Positions 7,890-12,176 of a DNA stretch of 12,176 bases are shown here, piece by piece. The notes beneath the pieces are model-generated. The model had not been told where the DNA came from. It searched no databases and saw only the letters and a program-made list of their open reading frames with translations. The stretch is from Acidobacteriota bacterium (GTDB lineage Bacteria; Acidobacteriota; Thermoanaerobaculia; Thermoanaerobaculales; Thermoanaerobaculaceae): NCBI GenBank assembly GCA_037444085.1, contig JBBINC010000096.1, positions 1 through 12,176 of the forward strand. The letters are read 5' to 3'. Position 1 is the stretch's first letter; each line of letters starts with the position of its first letter. The position numbers were made by a program, and so were the translations under genes.

Positions 7890-7918
7890 TTGTGCCTTCG
7901 TGGAACTTGTCGTAAGGT
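7890..7918 (+). promoter_or_regulatory. Putative sigma70-type promoter for the flotillin gene: -35 TTGTGC (7890-7895), a 17-nt spacer, and -10 TAAGGT (7913-7918).
   Basis: Hexamers matching TTGnnn...TAnnnT with a 17-bp spacer lie about 40 nt upstream of the GTG start at 7956, in a 244-bp divergent intergenic region. The call rests on sequence pattern only. Confidence 0.25.
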
Positions 7919-7955
7919 GGCGCCGTCCGCCCGCAGGGGCGGGGGGAGGATCGCC

Positions 7956-9329
7956 GTGACGTATCTCCCATGGATCATCGCAATCGCTGTCGGTGTGCTG
8001 ATCGTGGTGGCGTGGCTGCTCAACTATCGCAAGGTGGGACCAAACCAGGTGCTGGTCGTTTCCGGGCGCACCTCCGCGGTGCGCGATGCCGACGGCCGCA
8101 CCCGCAAGGTGGGGTACCGGCTCCAGGTGGGCGGCGGGACCTTCGTACTCCCCTTCGTGGAGACGGTGGAGACGTTCCCCCTGGAGGTGTTCTCGCTCTC
8201 CATCCGCTGCCCCGAGGTGCTCACCGCCCAGGGCATCATCATCTCCGCCGAGGCGTACGGCCAGGTCAAGGCGGCCAGCGACGAGGCGCGCCTGCACCGC
8301 GCGGTGGAGAACTTCCTCTCCAAGGGGTCGTCGGGGATCAGCTCGGTGGCGCAGGAGGTTCTGGAAGGCCACATGCGCGCCGCCCTGGGCACCATGACCG
8401 TAGAGGAGATCTACTCCCAGCGCGAGGAGTTCGCCCGCCGCGTGCGCACCGCCGCGGTGGACGATTTCGAGCGGCTGGGCCTCGAGCTGCTCTCTTTCGC
8501 CCTCAAGGACATCTCCGACGGCCAGGGGTATTTGGCCTCGCTGGGCGCCCGCCGCATCGCCGAGGTCAAGCGCGACGCGGTCATCGCCCAGGCCGAGACC
8601 GAGCGCGACGCGGCCATCCGCGCCGCCGAGTACCGCAAGGAGGGTGACGTGGCGCGCCTCGCCGCCGAGGCCGAGCTGGCTGCCGCGACCCGCGACTTCG
8701 AGGTGCAGCGCGCCGAGTTCCAGGGCGCAGTCAACGCCCAGCGAGCGAAGGCGGACATCGCCTACGAGCTGGAGCGCACCCGCCTCGCCGAGGAGCTCAA
8801 GCGCCAGGAGTACGCCGTCCAACTGGTGGAGAAGCAGCTGGCGGCGAAGGTGGCCGAGCAGGAAGTGGTGCGCCGGGAGAGGGACCTGGAAGCGAACGTC
8901 AAGCGGCCGGCCGAGGCGCAGGCCTACCAGGCTCGCATGGAGGCGGAGGCGGAGGCGTACCGCAAGGAGCTGGAGGCCAAGGGCAAGGCGGCGGGCGTGC
9001 GGCTGCTGGGGGCGGCCGATGCCGACTCGTCGGCGGCCCGCGGCAAGGCGGACGCCGAGGCGATGCGAGCCAAGGCCGGCGCCTGGAAGGAGTACACCGA
9101 CGCGGCGCTCGCCCAGCTGGTGATCGAGAAGCTCCCGGAGCTGGCCCGGGCGGTGGCCGAACCGCTCGCCAAGGTGGACAAGATCATCATGGTCGGCGAC
9201 GACCAGGGCGCTCCCAAGGTGACGGCTCAGGTGGCCAGGGTGGTGGCGCAGCTCCCGGCGGTGGTCGAGGAGCTGACCGGCCTGAAGCTCGCCGAACTGC
9301 TCAAGCGCAAGGAGAAGGAGAATGGGTGA
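7956..9329 (+). CDS. Flotillin-like SPFH/band-7 domain membrane protein (YqiK/FloT-type), 457 aa. Start is the GTG at 7956.
   Basis: SD GGGGGAGGA lies 5 nt upstream of the GTG. The protein has an N-terminal TM helix ('YLPWIIAIAVGVLIVVAWLLNY'), then an SPFH core ('QVLVVSGR...GYRLQVGGGTFVLPFVETVETFPLEVFSLSI...LTAQGIIISAEAYGQVK'), then a long Ala/Glu-rich coiled-coil flotillin region ('AEAELAAATRDFEVQRAEFQGAVNAQRAKADIAYELERTRLAEELKRQEYA...EAEAEAYRKELEAKGKAAG') and a C-terminal 'KIIMVGDD' tail block. The stop TGA is at 9327-9329. Confidence 0.9.
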   Translation: MTYLPWIIAIAVGVLIVVAWLLNYRKVGPNQVLVVSGRTSAVRDADGRTRKVGYRLQVGGGTFVLPFVETVETFPLEVFSLSIRCPEVLTAQGIIISAEAYGQVKAASDEARLHRAVENFLSKGSSGISSVAQEVLEGHMRAALGTMTVEEIYSQREEFARRVRTAAVDDFERLGLELLSFALKDISDGQGYLASLGARRIAEVKRDAVIAQAETERDAAIRAAEYRKEGDVARLAAEAELAAATRDFEVQRAEFQGAVNAQRAKADIAYELERTRLAEELKRQEYAVQLVEKQLAAKVAEQEVVRRERDLEANVKRPAEAQAYQARMEAEAEAYRKELEAKGKAAGVRLLGAADADSSAARGKADAEAMRAKAGAWKEYTDAALAQLVIEKLPELARAVAEPLAKVDKIIMVGDDQGAPKVTAQVARVVAQLPAVVEELTGLKLAELLKRKEKENG

Positions 9330-9413
9330 GGTGGGCGCCTGCCGGCGCTCGCCCGCGTTCGGTATGAAGACGCTGCCGTCGGCCAGCGGCCGGGCGCTGG
9401 ACCGATCACGGCT

Positions 9414-9488
9414 CACCGACACGGTCACGGGCACGGTCACGGGCACGGGCACGGTCACGGGCACGGGCACGGTCACGGTCACGGGCAG
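9414..9488. repeat. Tandem hexanucleotide repeat array 1: 11 perfect units of (CACGGT/CACGGG) at 9420-9485, plus degenerate flanking units.
   Basis: The array was read directly: cacggt cacggg cacggt cacggg cacggg cacggt cacggg cacggg cacggt cacggt cacggg. Frame 0, which is continuous with the flotillin reading frame, translates it as (HG)11. Frame 1 gives (TVTG)n. The minus strand gives (TVPV)n. Confidence 0.9.
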
Positions 9489-9601
9489 GAAACGGGATCG
9501 GCAGGCCTGAGCAGCCCGCCGGCGAGGCAATGGTGATCGGACGCGTCGAAATGGCGGGCGAGGGCACCCGCCCCACAATCCGCATGGAGGACAGTCGCTG
9601 A

Positions 9602-9643
9602 CACTGTCACGGACGCGGACACGGTCACGGTCACGGACAGGTG
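9602..9643. repeat. Tandem hexanucleotide repeat array 2: about 7 degenerate units of CACGGW, related to array 1 and 113 bp downstream of it.
   Basis: Read directly: cactgt cacgga cgcgga cacggt cacggt cacgga caggtg. Frame 2 reads HCHGRGHGHGHGQ, but that frame opens immediately after a TGA at 9599-9601 and has no start codon. Confidence 0.7.
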
Positions 9644-9691
9644 AGCGGCGAGGGGTGAGACACGAACCCCCACCCGCCCCGGCCGCCCGGC

Positions 9692-9712
9692 GGGCGGAGG
9701 CAAGCTCCGCCC
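9692..9712 (-). terminator. GC-rich hairpin (8-bp stem GGGCGGAG/CTCCGCCC, 5-nt loop GCAAG), about 70 nt downstream of the epimerase stop. This is a candidate intrinsic terminator for the dehydrogenase-epimerase operon, but it lacks a U-tract.
   Basis: The inverted repeat was seen in sequence. No T-run follows it on either strand, so terminator function is uncertain. High-GC genomes often lack canonical U-tracts. Confidence 0.2.
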
Positions 9713-9783
9713 CAACGGCCGATCGCACGGCAAACGCATAGGGAGGCAATTTGTCTGCCCCCACCCAGAAGAGAGAGCCGGGT

Positions 9784-10803
9784 TCAGACACCGAAGTAGG
9801 AGCGATACCACTGGACGAAGGCGCGGATGCCTTCGTCGATCGGCGTCGCGGGCGCAAAGCCCACGTCGCGCGCCAGGTCCTCGACGTTGGCGAAGGTGGC
9901 CGGCACATCGCCGGGCTGCATCGGCAAGTAGGTGCGCTGCGCCGGGCGCCCCAGGGCATTCTCGATGGCGGTGATGAAGGCCTCCAGCTCCACCGGGTTG
10001 TTGTTGCCGATGTTGTAGAGACGGTAGGGGGCCGGGCTGCTGCCGGGGTCGGGGGCGTGCCCGATCCAGGCGGTGTTGGGGGTGGCGGGGCGGTCCAGCA
10101 CCCGCACCACCCCCTCCACGATGTCATCGATGTAGGTGAAGTCCCGCTGCATCCGGCCGTGGTTGTACACGTCGATGGGCTGCCCGGCGAGGATGGCGCG
10201 GGTGAACTTGAACAGGGCCATGTCCGGTCGGCCCCACGGCCCGTACACCGTGAAGAAGCGCAGGCCGGTGCACGGCACGCCGTAGAGGTGGGCGTAGGTG
10301 TGCGCCATGAGTTCGTTGGCCTTCTTGGTGGCGGCGTACAGCGACACCGGGTGATCGACGTTGTCGTGCGCCGAAAACGGCATGGAGGTGTTGAGGCCGT
10401 ACACCGACGACGACGAGGCGAACACCAGGTGCTCCACCGGGTGGTGGCGGCACCCCTCGAGGATGGTCAAGAAGCCCTGGATGTTGGCGTCGATATACGC
10501 CCACGGGTTCTCGAGGGAGTAACGGACGCCGGCCTGAGCAGCCAGGTGCACGACCCGGCCGATCTCCCCTCGGGCAAACAGCAAGGCCATGCCAGCACGG
10601 TCGGCAACGTCGAGTTTGGCGAAGGTGAAGCCGGGGATCGCCTCGAGTTGCGTCAGCCGTGCCAGCTTCAGCCTCGGGTCGTAGTAGTCGTTGAGGTTGT
10701 CCACCCCCAGGATAGCTTCGCCGCGGGCCAGCAGCCGCTGGGCGAGGTGGAAACCGATGAAGCCAGCGACGCCGGTGATCAGGGTGACGGACGCTCTTCC
10801 CAC
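9784..10803 (-). CDS. NAD-dependent nucleotide-sugar 4-epimerase (UDP-glucuronate / UDP-GlcNAcA 4-epimerase family; TviC/WbpP/Cap1J-like), 339 aa. GTG start.
   Basis: The protein shows the Rossmann motif 'ITGVAGFIGFHLAQRLL' and the family hallmarks 'GVDNLNDYYDPRLK', 'VVHLAAQAGVRYSLENP', 'ASSSSVYG', the catalytic 'YAATKKANELMAHTYAHLYG', and 'TGLRFFTVYGPWGRPDMALFKFT...DVYNHGRMQRDFTYIDDIV'. The SD AGGAGG is 5 nt upstream of the GTG at 10801-10803 and overlaps the upstream gene's TAG stop. Confidence 0.9.
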   Translation of the reverse strand: MGRASVTLITGVAGFIGFHLAQRLLARGEAILGVDNLNDYYDPRLKLARLTQLEAIPGFTFAKLDVADRAGMALLFARGEIGRVVHLAAQAGVRYSLENPWAYIDANIQGFLTILEGCRHHPVEHLVFASSSSVYGLNTSMPFSAHDNVDHPVSLYAATKKANELMAHTYAHLYGVPCTGLRFFTVYGPWGRPDMALFKFTRAILAGQPIDVYNHGRMQRDFTYIDDIVEGVVRVLDRPATPNTAWIGHAPDPGSSPAPYRLYNIGNNNPVELEAFITAIENALGRPAQRTYLPMQPGDVPATFANVEDLARDVGFAPATPIDEGIRAFVQWYRSYFGV

Positions 10804-10812
10804 CGATACCTC

Positions 10813-12156
10813 CTACGCCTTCACCACGTTGGCCTGAGGCTTGCGGTACACGCCGCGCGTGTCCACGACCAGCGGGGCGTGCGCGGCCACCAGCTCCCAG
10901 TCCACCGCCGAGTGGTCGGTGGCGATGAGCACGGCGTCGCTCGCGGCCAAGGTGGCAGCCGTCAGCGGGACGGAGTGCATCGGCGGCAGGTTGGGCCAGG
11001 AGCGCATGCGGGGCGAGGTGGGGATGTGCGGGTCGTGGTAGGTGACCTCGGCGCCCAGGCGCAGCAGGTGCTCGATCAGCTCGAAGGCCGGACTCTCGCG
11101 CGGATCGTCGATGTCCTTCTTGTAGGCGATCCCGAGAACGAGCACGCGGGCGCCCTTGACCGCCCTCCCGCGCTCGTTGAGGGCGAGCAGGAGCCTTTCC
11201 ACCACGTACTCGGGCATGCGAACGTTGACCTCGCCGGCCAGCTCGATGAAGCGGGTGCTGGACCCGTACTCCCGCGCCTTCCAGGCCAGGTAGAAGGGGT
11301 CCAGCGGGATGCAGTGGCCACCCCATCCCGGGCCGGGGTTGAAGCGCATGAACCCGAACGGCTTGGTCGAGGCGGCGTCGAGCACCTCCCAGACGTCGAT
11401 GCCCATGCGGTCGTAGACCATCTTGAGTTCGTTGACCAGGGCGATGTTCACGGCGCGGAAGATGTTCTCGGTAAGCTTGGCAGCCTCCGCGGCACGCGCC
11501 GAGGAGACTCGCACGGTGCGGGTGATGACCTGGTCGTAGAGAGCCTGGGCGAGGTCGCCGGACACCGGATCCACCCCGCCCACCACCTTGGGGGTGTTGG
11601 TGGTGCCGTAGTCCTTGTTGCCCGGGTCCTCGCGTTCCGGCGAGAAGGCGAGGAAGAAATCCTCCCCGCACCGCAGCCCGGTCTGCCCGAGAATCCCTCG
11701 CACCAGCTCGTCGGTGGTACCCGGATAGGTGGTGGACTCGAGCACCACGAGCTGTCCGCGGCGCAGGCACGCCTGGATCTGCCGCGTCGCCCTTTCCACG
11801 AAGGTCATGTCCGGCTCGCGCTGCGGTGTCAGCGGCGTCGGCACGCAGATGAGAATGGCGTCGGGCTCGGCCAGGCGGGAGAACGCCGTGGTGGCTTCGA
11901 ATCGCCCCGAGTGAGCCATGGCGGCGACGCGGCCGCCGTCGAGGTGCTTGATGTACGACTCGCCGCGCGCCAGCGACTGGACCTTGGCCTCGTCGACATC
12001 GAACCCCAACACCCGGTAACCCCGATCCGTGAACGCCAGTGCCAGAGGCAGGCCCACGTATCCCAGACCGATGATCCCGACACGTGCCGAGTATTCGTGG
12101 ATCGATGCCCCCAGCTGCACCGCCGGGGAGAACGCCTGAGTTTCAAGATTGGTCAC
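10813..12156 (-). CDS. UDP-sugar 6-dehydrogenase of the UDP-GlcNAc/UDP-ManNAc dehydrogenase subfamily (TviB/WbpA/WecC-like), 447 aa. The start is uncertain: GTG at 12154-12156, or an in-frame GTG at 'VQLG' (12118-12120) nearer the Rossmann motif.
   Basis: The protein has the N-terminal 'RVGIIGLGYVGLPLALAF' Rossmann motif, then 'ILICVPTPL', 'VVLESTTYPGTT', 'LAFSPERE', 'AKLTENIFRAVNIALVNELK', the catalytic-Cys block 'GPGWGGHCIPLDPFYLAWKA' (GGHCIP is typical of the WbpA/WecC/TviB branch rather than the UDP-glucose 'GGSCFPKD' branch), and 'VLVLGIAYKKDIDDPRESPA'. The stop TAG is at 10813-10815. The 5' flank is cut off by the window end, so RBS assessment is limited to a weak GAGG. Confidence 0.9.
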   Translation of the reverse strand: MTNLETQAFSPAVQLGASIHEYSARVGIIGLGYVGLPLALAFTDRGYRVLGFDVDEAKVQSLARGESYIKHLDGGRVAAMAHSGRFEATTAFSRLAEPDAILICVPTPLTPQREPDMTFVERATRQIQACLRRGQLVVLESTTYPGTTDELVRGILGQTGLRCGEDFFLAFSPEREDPGNKDYGTTNTPKVVGGVDPVSGDLAQALYDQVITRTVRVSSARAAEAAKLTENIFRAVNIALVNELKMVYDRMGIDVWEVLDAASTKPFGFMRFNPGPGWGGHCIPLDPFYLAWKAREYGSSTRFIELAGEVNVRMPEYVVERLLLALNERGRAVKGARVLVLGIAYKKDIDDPRESPAFELIEHLLRLGAEVTYHDPHIPTSPRMRSWPNLPPMHSVPLTAATLAASDAVLIATDHSAVDWELVAAHAPLVVDTRGVYRKPQANVVKA

Positions 12157-12176
12157 TGTTGGCCTCGTACCAAGAA

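Noticed and set aside
9414-9643. CRISPR array
   Set aside because: The repeats are 6-nt units in direct tandem with no spacers and no cas genes. This is not a CRISPR array.
7881-10127. 748-aa minus-strand ORF spanning the flotillin gene and the repeat region
   Set aside because: It is antisense to flotillin and reads the hexamer arrays as (TVPV)n. It is low-complexity throughout with no start context. It is spurious.
10124-11770. 548-aa minus-strand ORF in an alternate frame across the epimerase and dehydrogenase genes
   Set aside because: It overlaps two well-supported CDSs in a different frame, and its translation is Arg/Gly/Pro-rich junk.

Overview
This is a high-GC (~70%) bacterial window. 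Starts are frequently GTG and the Shine-Dalgarno sites are GGAGG-like, consistent with an Actinomycetota-like or similar high-GC genome, though the lineage cannot be fixed from sequence alone. I can support seven protein-coding loci; everything else in the six-frame track looks like the long spurious antisense or alternate-frame ORFs that are typical of high-GC DNA.

The seven loci are:
- **370-2244 (-):** an intact but divergent ATP-type phosphoenolpyruvate carboxykinase (PEPCK) family protein.
- **2590-3785 (+):** a lectin-like/DUF11 surface protein gene broken by at least three frameshifts, all at homopolymer tracts, ending in a C-terminal hydrophobic anchor.
- **3786-4627 (+):** a right-handed beta-helix protein remnant immediately downstream, lacking its N-terminus and signal peptide, frameshifted at a G7 tract, and ending in a similar C-terminal hydrophobic anchor.
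- **4814-7711 (-):** an intact 965-aa secreted multidomain carbohydrate esterase, with two NodB/CE4-like deacetylase repeats and a C-terminal HGGG/GxSxG alpha/beta-hydrolase.
- **7956-9329 (+):** a flotillin/SPFH (band-7) membrane protein with a plausible sigma70-like promoter upstream.
- **9784-10803 (-):** an NAD-dependent sugar-nucleotide 4-epimerase of the TviC/WbpP/UDP-GlcA-epimerase type.
- **10813-12156 (-):** a nucleotide-sugar 6-dehydrogenase of the TviB/WbpA/WecC type, forming an operon with the epimerase (the dehydrogenase stop overlaps the epimerase RBS).

The 454-bp gap between flotillin and the epimerase contains two arrays of tandem hexanucleotide repeats, (CACGGK)n. In the frame continuous with the flotillin stop codon, the first array encodes (His-Gly)11. 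This is the most unusual sequence feature in the window.

Overall the region has a cell-envelope/polysaccharide theme. I see no canonical defence island, CRISPR array, transposase, tRNA or rRNA.
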